The position numbers were made by a program, and so were the translations under genes. Below the pieces are notes generated by a model that did no database searches, was not told the DNA's origin, and saw nothing but the letters and a program-made list of their open reading frames with translations. A stretch of 50,783 bases of DNA, from positions 62,001-112,783 of the forward strand of contig NW_026779371.1 in NCBI RefSeq assembly GCF_030144855.1, in the 5' to 3' direction. Position 1 is the first letter of the stretch. Each line of letters begins with the position of its first letter. Positions 35,430-48,366 of the stretch are shown here, in pieces. The DNA comes from Hypanus sabinus. Taxonomy: Eukaryota.

Positions 35430-36420
35430 GGAACACAATAAAGTCATTTGGCCCATCGAGTCTGCTCAGTCATGGCTGATCTTCTATTTCCCTTCCTCAC
35501 CGCTATTTCCCGGCCTTTTCGTCGTAACGATTAATATCGTGACTAGTCAACAATCTATAAATCTCTGCCTTAAATAAACTTAAGGACACGGCCTCCACAG
35601 CTGAATGTGGTGGCAAATTCCGCAAATTCACCTCCCTCTGGTGAAAGAAAATTCTCCGCATCTCTGTTTGAAGTGGACACCTCTGTATTCTGAGGTTGCG
35701 CCCTTTTCTCTCAGACACCCCAGACTTGGGAAAAACATCTTTTGCACATCCACTCTGCCGAGGCTTTTCGACATTCGAAAGGTTGAAATGAGATCCCAAT
35801 TCATCCTTCTGAATTTCCAGCGAGTATAGACCCAGAACCCTCAAACAGTACCCATATCTAACGCTTTCATTGCCGGAATCATCCCTGGTATTTTCACTTG
35901 TCACTTTCTTATCAGTTCTCCTACGGGTCTCTGCAAACTTCTTCTTAATTTGGTAAGAGGCCTTATGTGTGGCACCTTGTCAACGGTCTTTTGAGAGTCA
36001 AAATTGACAACATCCACTACACACCGCTTATCTATCCTACATATATTCTCTTCAAGGAAATCCGGCAGTTTTGTTAGAAAAGATTGTAGCAAATTTCTGA
36101 GATCGTTTGTGTCCCTTGGGTCTGATGATATCTGCGCATTTTACCGAGAGAGACAGCAGAGGAACATGCTGATAGTGTCCTGCATTGTCCTGTGTTAACG
36201 AATCCTTAACAATTAATTCCAACATCTTCTCCACAACTAAGGTCAGGCTATCTGGTCTATAATTCCCTTTCTGCTACCGTCCTCTCTTCTTGAAGCGTGA
36301 CGTGCCATTTACATTTTTTCTGTCCTCTGGCACCATGCCAGTGTCTAATGATATTAGAAAGATCATTGTTAATGCCTCCGTTATCTCTACCCGTTATTCT
36401 TATGAACACCAAGGTGCAGT
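35430..36420 (-). mobile_element. CR1 fragments
   Basis: LGLYSLEIQKDE...LQTEMRRIFFHQREVNLRNL; VDVVNFDSQKTVDKVPH. Confidence 0.8.
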
Positions 36421-36929
36421 TCCTCTGATTCGGGTGACATAACACCACCTTACGGACATCGCTCGCAATCCGTGTCGGTCAAACGGGTGTCCTACGATCG
36501 GTTCACCCGGCGTCATCTTTCCTCATCTCCTGCCGAAACAAAAAAAAAAAAGAAACAAGACCAACCTTAATGACCCTCGCCAAGAAAATCTCGCCCTAAA
36601 TCCACCATACTAATTCGATAGCACACATTCGTTATCTTCAGCAATATCCCAGCAGGCTATCAGCAGAACAGACCGCTCTTCGGGGATTGCAAAATGAAAT
36701 ACTTAAAACATGACAATACAAGTATGAGACAGTTTATTACAGTGCTTTGATAATCATTCTGCTTAGAATTTTGCCCTCCGAACGGATCACTCACAAAATG
36801 CCAGGGAAACTAAGCAGATCAGAGAGCATCTCGGGAAATGAAGAAGCTCTCGACATTTCGGGCCAGGACCATTCATTAGGATTTGACAGCAGTAATGTAG
36901 GCTTTCTCTCTATATAGTTTCAATCAGTT

Positions 36930-38340
36930 CTCTGCTCATCACAGACATGTGCAACTAATCAACTTGGCATTGACCAATCAACAAGCTGTAAATCTCTGCC
37001 TTAAATACTCCTAACGACATGGCCTGCACAGGTAAATGTGGTAACAAATTACACAAATTCACCACCCTCTGTCGAAAGAAATGTCTCCACAAAACAGCTT
37101 TAAATAGAGCCATCTCTATTCTGATGTGACGCTTCCTTGTACGAGACACTCCAACATTGGCAAACATCCTTTCCACATCCTTTCTGCCGAGGCTTTTCAA
37201 CATTCGAAAGGATTTAATGCGATCCCACCTCATTCGTCTGAATCCTAGTGAGTGGAGACCCAGTGGCATCAAATGTTCCTCGTATGAAAACCCTTTTACT
37301 CCTGGAAACATCCTCGTCAAACGTCTCTGGACCCACTCCAATGCCAGCATATCTTCTGACCATGCATTATCCAACATTGTATTTCACTTGCCAATATCCT
37401 GCCAATTCTACTAATCTGTCTAAGGCCCTCTGCAAACTTCATCTTTTTGAACAGTACCTGCCCCTGCACCGATATTCGTAACATCTGCAAACTTCGACAG
37501 AAAAAAACAAAATCAGTTCCATCATCTTTATCATCCTCATAGAGCATAAAAAGTGGTACCTGCACCGTCACCTGCGGAACACTGCTGGTCACTGACACCG
37601 AACTAGCGACGGATCATTCTTTTCCCACTCGCTGTCTCCGAACATTCACCAAATGCTCCTCGTATTTCTTGCAATGCCAATGACTCTTAATTTGGTAAAC
37701 AGCCTCATGTGCCCCACCTTGTCAAAGGTCCTTTGAAAGTATGAAGAGACAACATCTACTACATCCCCTTAATCTATTCTACATGAATTATTCTCAAGGA
37801 AATCCAACGGGTTTGTCAGGCAAGATTTGAGCAGATTACATGCTTGAAAACGCTGTTGCTATCCACTTTGATATTTTTGTTAGCTTGTCATCCTTCCTTT
37901 TTAATTGATTTTTCAGTTACTCTCTGTACGATTTAAAATGCTTCTCAATCTTTGGTCTTCCTCTTCATTTTTGCTCAGTTGTATGTCCTCTTTTTTGCTT
38001 TTACGTTAATTTGGACGTCGCTTGTCAACTAAGATTATACTTTTTTTCTATTTGAGTTTATCTTCCTTTTTAGAATAGATTTGTTCTGCATGTTGTTCAA
38101 CAACGCTGGCCTCATCTCCTTCAATTTTACTTTGGCCAGGCCTTTCCCATGCCGCTGTAATTTCCTTTACTGCACGGAAATACTGCTATATCAGACTTTA
38201 ATTTCTCCATGTCATGTGTCAAGTTGAACTTCACCATATTGTGATCATCGCCGCCAAAGTGTTCTTTTACCATAAGCTCCCGATTTATTTCGATTCTTTG
38301 CATAACAGCCAATAGAGTAGAACAGATCCCCACGTCGGCT
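36930..38340 (-). mobile_element. CR1 fragments
   Basis: ALEWVQRRLTRMFPGVKGFSYEEHLMPLGLHSLGFRRMRWD; EHFGGDDHNMVKFNL. Confidence 0.85.
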
Positions 38341-39589
38341 TAAGGACAAACTGCAAAAACAAGCCAACCCAATCGAGCTGCTTGGAGAAAAATCCCAAGA
38401 CTATCAGACATTCTCCTTCAGGGACACATTTTTCCCCTTGGTCTGTTTCTCAGCTTCTGTCGGGAGTCCTGCACATACCTCCCATGAGGATCCTGTCATG
38501 CTGGCAGTTTCCGAACTCAACAGACAAGGATTCCAAGGCTTACGATCCCATGCCACGTTATCTACTGATCAGGTTCCATCATTTACCTACAGAACCGAGC
38601 CACGCACACTGCCGAACTTCCGATCCAGAAAATTTCGAGCACTCGGAGGCCGTTCCCATCAATAACACATGTACCGACTTGGATATTGATGGCGGGACTA
38701 ACGACCATGGGAATGCCGCAGCGTCCTGGTCTCCAGCACAGAGTCCAAAGCGATGGCTCAGAATGGAAGGGGCAGAGGAGCAACTACAGGAGATTGAATA
38801 GTTGGAGGAGCCAACTGCAGGATCAGTGGAAACACCGAGTTAGTGAATAAGGCCAGAATATGGGGCAGCCGGATACTGAACCAATGCAGAGTTGAGTTCA
38901 CTAAAATGTCTCAGCACTTATTTTCACGATATCGTCGAACCGTGCAATAATATCCTTCGCTTCCTGATCTTGTCCTGTAGTGTATCCGTTTCCGTGGTGA
39001 ATGCCGATGTGAGGAAATCTTGAAGGAATTTTCGAACCTCTTGTCTGCATATACATTACTTTCTTATTTAAAAGGCACAGCATTCTCATAGCTCCCCATT
39101 TGCGCCTCATATACCATCTCAACATCCTTTGATTCACCATTCGCGTTTTGATTAATAATGTCCGCATGTATGGCTCAGTATAAGATGACGAAACATTGAA
39201 TATCATTTATTTTCCCCTGTCGATATTTAACATGCTTCGTATAATTTAGCATCTCGAAACTTGCATTGTCCTGCTTCGTACTCATCTCCAGTCTCAGAAC
39301 ACCATGCTAATACTGAGATACATATTGTACAATATTCACATGTTAGGTGTGGACTTTTCCCCGATGGCGATAAAGAGAGCTTCCCAATTCTTGCCCACTG
39401 CATTTCTAACCGCATTCGGCCGACTGGGCGCTCTCCCGTGTAGACAAGACTGATCACAAACTGTAAGCACCTTAACACTTCTACTGTCGAAATATTGTCC
39501 AATATTTCCCCAGCGAGATATTGATAAATTGGTCGATCGAACAGTTAGCCTAATGAACTGCGAAAGGGCTGGAGTCTATTCGGAACGAT

Positions 39590-40300
39590 GAGATTGCGAG
39601 GTACTTGGAGACTAATGATAAAATATGTAAAAGTCAACATGGTTTTTTTCTGAACGGAAGTGTGACAGAGTTCGCTTCGAAAGTTACAAACAAGGCGTAC
39701 AGAGGGTACGCAGAGGCTATCACTTACTTGAATTTTCAGAAGACATTTGATAAGCTGTCACACATGAGGCTGCATAACAAAATAAAATCCTATGATATTA
39801 CAGGAACGATAAGAATGGCTGACAGACAAGGAGATAATGAGGAGATTTTCAAGGACACCAGTCAGGGCGCAAATAGAGTATCTGAATGAAGCCTTGCGCC
39901 ATATCTGAGAAAGGATTGTCATTTCAGAGTGTCCCGAGGAAGATTCCGGGAATGTAGGAGTTAACATGTGAGGCGCGTTTCACACCTTTTGGCGTGAATT
40001 CACCGGAATTTAGACGATGCGGGAATATATATTTGAAGCCTATAGAATGTTGAAAGGACTAGATAGGGTGGACGTGGAGAGGGAATTTTTAATGGTGGAT
40101 CTATACAGCACTAGACCCTTCAGAGCGGAATGCTGTGCAGACCAAGTCCGTGTAGATATTTAAAGTGGAAGTCTGTCCCCTACTGATCGTTCAGGCCATG
40201 AAAGAATATGCTGTGAAGTTTGGTCTAAGTGGTTGAGTGGGTTCGATCTCAGCCATGATAAAATGGCAGAGCAGATTCGAGAGCACAGTCGCCTACCTCC
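39590..40300 (+). mobile_element. CR1 fragments
   Basis: SQHGF...YLNFQKTFDKLSHMRLHNKIKSY, followed by a CR1 3' end. Confidence 0.75.
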
Positions 40301-41908
40301 GCTCCTATGTTTGACGTTTTTATGGACTATCAAAATATTTTATTCGCATCTCCCTTTTTTACTGCTGTTTTACCTCTGCCAGTCCCTATTATCTTTACAT
40401 CTGACTGGAACCCTTCTGAAAATTACGTGTCGGCTGAACGATTGCCGAGCACAGCCTACAAAACTCTAGATTTCTGCCGCGGAACCCAGCGTATTCCTCT
40501 CACGATAGAACACACAGCCACGATTTCCTTCCATCACGTGATATTCCCATTGCACCGCGTTCTTTCCCCGTGTTATAGCAATGCGCACTCTATCAACAGG
40601 GTCAACAGAGGATTCCGAACTCTCCAGCTCTCTCTCAATCGGGTCAATAAACATGTGGTCACGTCAATGTAAAATAAATTTTATTACCAAACCATTTTAT
40701 GTCAGCACTTACTACCTTGAGGTTACTCTTCTTGCTGGCATGCAGAAAACAGAGAAATGCAACTGAAACATTGAAGCACCGTGCAGAAAGTTAGACTATG
40801 CAAATAGCCAATGTGCAATAGATGACTCACTGAGCAAACAAGATATAAATAGATTATCGAATAAGGAATGAACGGATTGGTTGATAGGGAGATGGGTTGA
40901 TAGACAAATAAAAAAAATAACTCTGCCATCATGTTGCAGAGTTCTTGAAAGTGATACCATAGCTTGTGGAATCATTTTGTTTTGAGATTAGGGAGGCAAT
41001 CCTGGCTGGTTCATGAACCCGATGGTTGGCGGGTAACAATTTTTCACGAAGCTGTAGTGGGTAATACGCTTCCTTCCCGACAGCAGCAGGGGGGAAAGCA
41101 CATCCCCTGGATGGTGGTGTTATTTGTTTATCGACGCTGCATCCTTCTGTTTGAAGATGTGCTCAGTGGAACCCTTGAAGACGTCAGACTTGTGATAAGC
41201 TACTGTTAGTTATGTTTCGTGTGGGGATTCAGAGAACAACGAGAATATCGACGACACCTGTTCGTTTGGATTACAATTTTATCTCCCTCACTTCAATTTA
41301 TGTGCATTTAAACTAAACAGAAATTTCTTACATACCATCGTAAGACTGTAACACTTGTCACCTGATCTTGTATAAGTTTGGGAACTTTATTTTTTTACAC
41401 ACTTATATATGCATAATACTGCTAACCCTTGGTCTACCTGGTTTAAATTACTATATTACATAGTTACTATCAAAATAGTGATTGTTAATAGCAAAATCAG
41501 ACTCCTGGTGTGTTCTATTGCTGAAAGCGGAGACTTTAACTCTGTTCAGGATAACCAGTCTTCTTGAACGGTTGTAAGGCAGGAGCTCCTGGATCCAACA
41601 TCACTCGCCAGTGGAAAGAGAACGAGCTACATCGGGCTTACCTGAGCAGGCATTCGGGACTCACGGAATACGGCAGGGCACAACATTCGTATCGCGATGG
41701 TGATGTTAAGGCGTCGCATGCAAATAAGTGTAGAATCACCCACTTGGTGGAACTGAGGGAGACACGTGAAAAAATTGATCTGGAAAGAGCTGAGTGCAGG
41801 CAGACAGGGAAACTGCTTTTTCCTGTTGGTGCATGGAGGGATGAAGTGCGGGAGCTAATCGCGGCTGGCAACAGCCGCAGTGGATTGCACATGGGTTATT
41901 TCGGGGCG

Positions 41909-42625
41909 TCACTGTGGATTAATTTTCTCCTGACAACGCCGAGTGAACTTTATTATGAGACAGTAGGGAGATTTCACCGTCTCCTTGAACTGCAGCCTAA
42001 ACCTGGTCTGGGACACGGCGTAAAGAGCCGTGTTGGTACAGCAGCTCAGGAGTTGAAGCATGTAGCCCAATTCCCGCAGACTATACGGAGGAGAATGGTG
42101 AACGTAAAAATCCACGATCTCCCATACGGAAAACACCGTCAGCAGCGCCCACAGCAGGATGAAATTCCCCGACATCACCAGCAGTAACAGGAGTGATTGC
42201 CTGCGGTTCTTCATCTCCGGGTCGGCGGGCGTCTCGCCATCGCGCGAACCACGGAGTCTCCTCCGGGCCCGGCTGGCCACTAAGACGTGCCTGATAGTTA
42301 AACTCTTCAACAGGAGAATCAAGAGAAAGGGGAATATTGGGGTGAGGAGGGAATGAATCAGCAGAAATGTTGTCTTCAGAGATAGGAGAATACGGAAAGA
42401 ACGTAAACAGAGCATGAACCAAAGTGAACTCGAATATGCCCCGTCGAGCAAAAAGTACCAGGAAATGTTCTTCAGGCAGCTCAGCACAGTCACTGTCCCC
42501 AGAACCAGAGCCGCCGCTCTCCCGGTGCAGTATTTTCGTTTTAGATTCTGAAAGTAAGTGGCGACAAATCGATCAAAGGTGAAAGTGACGGTGAACCAGA
42601 CAGAAAAGTCCGTAGCAGCGTAGAG
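41909..42625 (-). pseudogene. Truncated duplicate of the GPR139-like GPCR (TM3 to stop only)
   Basis: Near-identical to 24018-24725: LYAATDFSVWFTVTFTFDRFVATY...CQEKINPQ*. The 5' part of exon 2 is deleted, TM3 abuts former intron sequence, and no exon 1 is present upstream. Confidence 0.88.
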
Positions 42626-42914
42626 AATTTCCTTCGTTTGTAAACACGAGGGAATATTAGAGCAGAAGAATTAGTAGCCGAATGGGCGAATTCATCTCCG
42701 TCCGAAATTCACTCCCGAGAAACAGCAGTCTTTGTCCCCGAGCTCTGGTCTCACTACCTGTGGAAACGATCTTCCTGTCCGTGTCTTATCTACCCCTTAG
42801 TATTTTACATGTTGCTAAAACGATCGTCTCTGATCCTTCTGAATTCCAGTGTGTGCAGACCGAGGCGACTCAACTTTACCGCATAGTCTCGCCACCTCAT
42901 GTCTGGAATCAAAA

Positions 42915-43386
42915 GAGTGAATAGGCAAATGCAGAGTAGAGCAAGTTATCGAGCCCCTGTCCCGGGTGTTGTCTGTACCAGAGCATCGTATCAGCCTGAT
43001 TGCTACTCCCCTCGACAGTACAGTTCAGCGTCACAGCCCGGCCGGTAGGACTGGAGAAAGCTGGAATCTGATGGATAGTTACCGGGGTCACATCTGAGGA
43101 AGAGAGTGGGAGCGAAAAGCGGTGAGTATGCGGACGGCGAGATCGACGGTGTACAGAATGGGGAGGATTGCCGTTGGGGTATTTTCGGGCGGCGGTGGGC
43201 TTGGAAAGGATTCGATAAAGAATATATCAGCATGAGGATGGAAATGTGCGTAGAAAAGCGCAGAAAGATAAAGAAAGGGCACAGGACCAGAGGACGTGAC
43301 TATTACACGAGGAAAAAGAGAAGAAAAAGTATTAGCAAATGTCTCTCACAGTGGAAGGAGACGATCAGTTGGAGAAACAGCAACAT
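42915..43386 (-). pseudogene. TRBV: 3'-truncated TCR beta V pseudogene V8; leader 43386-43350, exon from 43093
   Basis: MLLFLQLIVSFH with t|gtgaga donor. Exon reads VTPVTIHQIPAFSSPTGRAVTLNCTVEGSSNQADTMLWYRQHPGQGLDNLLYSAF, then breaks into the duplicated CR1/intron block. No FR3 and no RSS. Confidence 0.9.
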
Positions 43387-43465
43387 CTTCCCTGGAGGTT
43401 TATTCCGTCCCAAGTGAAAATGTTGTGTTCAGGAGCAATGAATCTACTCACTTCAGTCCCGCTTG

Positions 43466-43475
43466 TGATGTAACT
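43466..43475 (-). promoter_or_regulatory. V-beta decamer variant upstream of V8
   Basis: AGTTACATCA (9/10 match to AGTGAYRTCA), 80 bp upstream of the ATG. Confidence 0.55.
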
Positions 43476-44079
43476 CAGTGACCTGAATGGTGATTGGCGA
43501 GACGGATAACCACGCCCCCTGCTTTCCCCGGGCAATCTGAATCGAATCATGCGCAGTTATAGTCTGCAGAATCATCATTGTCCCTTGTTGACTTTCCACA
43601 TCCCTTTACATCGATAGACAAGTGGTAAGCACAAAGTATACAGCAGATGCTGTGGTCAAAGCAACACATACAAACAAGCTGGAGCTTGTATGTGATGATA
43701 GACAAGTGGTGATTGCCTCGGCCCATTCTCATCTNNNNNNNNNNNNNNNNNNNNNNNNNNNNNNNNNNNNNNNNNNNNNNNNNNNNNNNNNNNNNNNNNN
43801 NNNNNNNNNNNNNNNNNNNNNNNNNNNNNNNNNNNNNNNNNNNNNNNNNNNNNNNNNNNNNNNNNNNNNNNNNNNNNNTAGATTTAAATATGGAAGAAAA
43901 CGTTGAGATCGAATGGGACATGGACAGTGTCTGCAGCGTCATGTGCTTGGAATTCGGCGAGGAAATCATCGATCAACGGAGATCCCCTATTCCGGTGTTA
44001 TCAATTGGAAAAAGTGGTCTGAATGATTATTGGTACAGAGGGAGCAGAGTGCAGTTTCGAAGCAGTTGGCCCGTGGCTC

Positions 44080-44168
44080 TCACACTTCATCTTTCTCTTT
44101 TTCAATCTCTCCCTCTCTCTTTCCCGCTCTCTCTCTGTCTCTCTTCTTTCTTTCTCTCTCTATCTCCC

Positions 44169-44200
<32 letters not shown>

Positions 44201-44220
44201 CCTTTTTCTCTCTCCCGCTT
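44080..44220. repeat. (CT)n-rich microsatellite tract
   Basis: Direct reading of the sequence. Confidence 0.9.
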
Positions 44221-44559
44221 CCTGACGAAACTTCCTGCTGATTCTCTCATTGCTCATAACTTTCTCATCGGCCCATCTCGTTATTTATTTATCTTGATAT
44301 GTGTCTGTGTATTTCCGTCTGAATAAACAGATCTCATTTGGCAAATTACGATCGATGATTTACTATATTTCTCCCATCTACATGGAACTACAACGACCAT
44401 CACGGTTCTGTCTATATAGATTAATAGATAGATAGACGGATAGATGGAGACGGAACTGTTCGGCTGTTTAAATCTCCAGCGGACGCTCAAAGTTTTTTGG
44501 AACAATGACACTCTATTGCATTGACTAATGTAATAATTAGGCTATAAATATCGATCTCT

Positions 44560-46910
44560 TACAGAATGATGGTTTCTTTTTAGGTATGGCTGACATGTAT
44601 TTCTTATATATTGTAAAAGTTCTCTTTTTTTGGTCTATTCTGATGTTATTATTTTTTTATATTTTACTAATCTACTAACCTTGAAAATAACTGATTAGGG
44701 TTCCTTTTTTAAGTTTGTATAAGCTTTTTTTAAAAATATTTTTAACATTTAAATATAAGACTTAAAAAAAATAAATATAATAAAATGGCGTTTCTTCTTC
44801 CCGACAGACTTTAGTGCCTGGAACGTCATATTCGTTGAAAGTTTTAAATTCCCATTTAAAATACTATTTTAGTAGTATTTATTTATTGGTTTTATCAATT
44901 TAATTTTTAACCCTTTTGTTATATATATATAAAATACTATTTTTTTATTTATATATATATATAATACTAATTTTATATTTTAACTTTTGTTATATTAATC
45001 CTTTTTTATAATATGGGTGGTTTGTATTTTTTTTCAATTTTTTTTTTTTTGTCTGAGTTGCCGTCTCTGAGACTTGAGGTAATTTTAGTATTAGATTGCC
45101 TACTTGCTTCTTTTTGGCTTTTTTCTGGGGTTTCGAGGATGGAGGGAGGGGGATTTTTCTTTTTCTTTTTTTTCCTTTTTGCTTGCTTTTTGCATAGTTT
45201 TATTTCATGGGCCTATATGAAACTACGAAAATGGTTGCAGTGCCGTGACTTCTGGTTTCTCCTTGAACTCACTTCCTTCTTCCGGGTACATGAGTTCACT
45301 TTTTTTTTTAAACTTATGTGTTAACTGTAACAAATATTGTCAATATGGATAGGATTATTAATTTTGTTTCTTGGAATAATAATGGTTTAAATCATCCGAT
45401 CAAACGGAAAAAAATATTCAAAGTATTCCATAGAATGAATGCTAATATTATTTTTGTGCAGGAGACTCATGTAAGGAAGGTGGATAGTCAACGTTTTTTT
45501 AGGTTTTGGAATGAGAAACAGTATCACGCAAATTTGCAAGCCAAAGTAAGGGGTGTTTCTATTTTTATAGACTCATCAATTTATTTTATACATCAAGAAA
45601 CAATTTCAGATCCACAAGGTAGATTTTTGCTTATTACTGGTCTACTTTTCAATCAAATATTTGTTCTAGTTAACGTTTATGCTCCAAATACTGATTTTCC
45701 TGAATTTGTTAAATGCTTATTTACATCTTTTCCTAATCTGAATCAATATGGACTGATAATGGGTGGGGATTTTAACTGGTGTTTAAACCCAGTGATGGAT
45801 AGATCCAAACCTACCCAAACTCGTCCGAATAAATCGGCTTCTCTTCTTAACTTTTTTATGATTGATTCAGCTATTTGTGAAATTTGGCGTTTTCTTCACC
45901 CTAATGACAAAGAGCTTTCATACTTTTCCCATGTTTATCATAATTACTGAAGAATTGATTTCTTTTTCATTGATCACCATTTACTCACAGATGTTACTGA
46001 TTGTAAATATGACTGTATTACCATTTCTGACCATACACCTCTGAAGTTAACTGTTAAAATATCGGATTCATATGTCAATACTAAATTTTGGAGGTTTAAT
46101 CCTATTTTATTGCAGGATTTAGATTTTGTTAACTTTATTAAACTACAAATTGATTTGTTTTTCGCACCAATTTCTACAGTAGAGATCTGTAGTGGAATTT
46201 TGTGGGATACTTTTAAAGCATATATTCGTGGACAGTTTATTTCATACTCTGCTGGAGTTAGGAAACGAACTAATTCTAAAATATTAACATTAGTGGATAA
46301 AATCAAAGCAGTTGATAAAATGTGTTCAATGACTCCAAGTAAAGAACTTAATAAAGAAAGAGTGGAACTTCAAATGGAACATAGTTTATTATTATCCTCT
46401 TCGATGGAAAGCCAGTTAATTAAATCAAAAACTCAATTCTATATGCATGGAGATAAGTCAGGCAAATTATTGGCTAACCAATTGAAAATTGTTTCGGATA
46501 AACAACAGATTACTAGAATTCGTAAACAAGATGGTACTCTGACGATCGATCACAAAGAGATAATCAGAGCCTTTCAAGATTTTTATAACTCCTTATATCA
46601 ATCAGAATTCACTAAGGTCTCTTCTATAATAAACGAATTTTTAAGGAAATTGAATATTCCAAAAAATAACTGTTGAGGATAATGTAATTTTAGATACACC
46701 TCTTACGGAATCTGAAATAGAAAAGGCTATTTCTTTAAAGAATTCTGGTAAAGCTTCTGGTCCAGATGGTTTTCCTGTAGAATTTTAAAAATCTTTTTCT
46801 TCTATACACTCTCCTTGGCTTTGTAAATTTTTTGAAGATGTATTAATTGTAGGTAAGGTACCACAATCTTTTTATGAAGCTTCTATTTCTTTAATTCTTA
46901 TAAAAGATAA
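44560..46910 (+). mobile_element. L1-clade LINE: T-rich upstream region and disrupted ORF2 (APE endonuclease from 45343, linker, start of RT)
   Basis: INFVSWNNNGLNHPIKRKK...FVQETH...NVYAPN...MGGDFN...SDH; GKASGPDGFPVEF. Several frameshifts and stops. Confidence 0.93.
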
Positions 46911-48327
46911 TAAAAAAAGATAGATAGATAGACNNNNNNNNNNNNNNNNNNNNNNNNNNNNNNNNNNNNNNNNNNNNNNNNNNNNNNNNNNNNNNNNNNN
47001 NNNNNNNNNNNNNNNNNNNNNNNNNNNNNNNNNNNNNNNNNNNNNNNNNNNNNNNNNNNNNNNNNNNNNNNNNNNNNNNNNNNNNNNNNNNNNNNNNCAG
47101 ACAGATAGGCAGTTAGTTAGTTAGATCGGTAGGTAGATATACAGTTACAGCGGTAGACAGATAGTCCAACATGACTGAATAGAAACGTTTAATCATAGAA
47201 CTCCATTTATGTTCTTGTTCTGCTCGTCAGTAACACTTCCTAGCTCTAGAAAAGCCGCAATGGGTGAAGTCCTGTTTGTCAGGAGTTTCCATCGCACGAA
47301 ACCCCTATGTCATTATAAACTGCTCAAAGATCAATCATGTATTTGGAAATTGGTTTCTTTCGGAACAGAAGACCACTGCACATCTGTTTAGAATGTGACA
47401 TTGTGCGGGCGTCGCGTTTGCATGTTTTTTTTTGCAAGTTTTGCAGGTTCCCTGTGCATCTGACGATTCTCGTCGGTTTAAAACACCCCGATATACCGAC
47501 ACCCTCAGATCTTCAGTTATCGGTGAACATGTCCACCGAAATCGATCTGTTCCTCCAAAGTGCGCCGTGTTCCACACTTCACGGTGTGTGTCCAGCCTTC
47601 GTTATGCTTTCTGTCCCCGTCTCTCAACAATCCCCATTACTCCGACCTCTACTCTCTTTCTACACCGAAAGCCCTCTGTCCCTCCACAGTCCACACCATT
47701 CACATTCTGTGTCCTACCCTGTACGTTGATATCCCTCTCCTCCTCAACACTTTTCACCATTCACGGTATGAGTCCTACCCTTGAATACCGAGGCCCCTCG
47801 GTCCATCGCCAACCCCCACCACTCACAGTGTGTGTCCAGTCCTCCGTCTGGCCCTCGACGATCACTGCCATTCACAATTTGTGCCCTACACATTTCTAAC
47901 GAAACCCCTCTGTTCCCCAACATTCTCAACCATTTCGGCGTTTTTATCAAAAATTAATGCCCCGAGAATCCTCTGTTCCCGAACCGTCTAGTGTTCCTCG
48001 TATTCTGTTTTTCCACTAATGAGTGAACTGAACTTAGAGAGTGAACATTATAGGCGAACTCAAAGTTTCCGATCCTCCCAAGCCGATGATGTGTGGGAGG
48101 GCCGCACATCACAGGGAAGAATGGAGTGGAGAGGTGAGTGTGAGGATTGTCAATCGAATGCTTCAGAATAGGAAGAAATTCAAAGCTGCGGTACAATGGC
48201 ATCGCTTCTTATTTCACTGATTGGTCACGCGGCGCACATGACTGTTTTACAGGCCCACCTCCCACACTATGATTGACAGGAGATGTGCTTCCTGTTTTGC
48301 TGACAACAACGACCCTTCTGACGGCGA

Positions 48328-48366
48328 GGTTTTTGTGCAGCTGCCCCGTCACTCTGAGCCGCCGTG
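48328..48366 (-). other. 23-RSS of V9
   Basis: CACGGCG, 23-nt spacer gctcagagtgacggggcagctgc, ACAAAAACC. Confidence 0.9.

Noticed and set aside
38382-39502. Several ORFs of 60-139 aa in a non-CR1 stretch
   Set aside because: No recognisable motif, splice structure or consistent frame; left unannotated.
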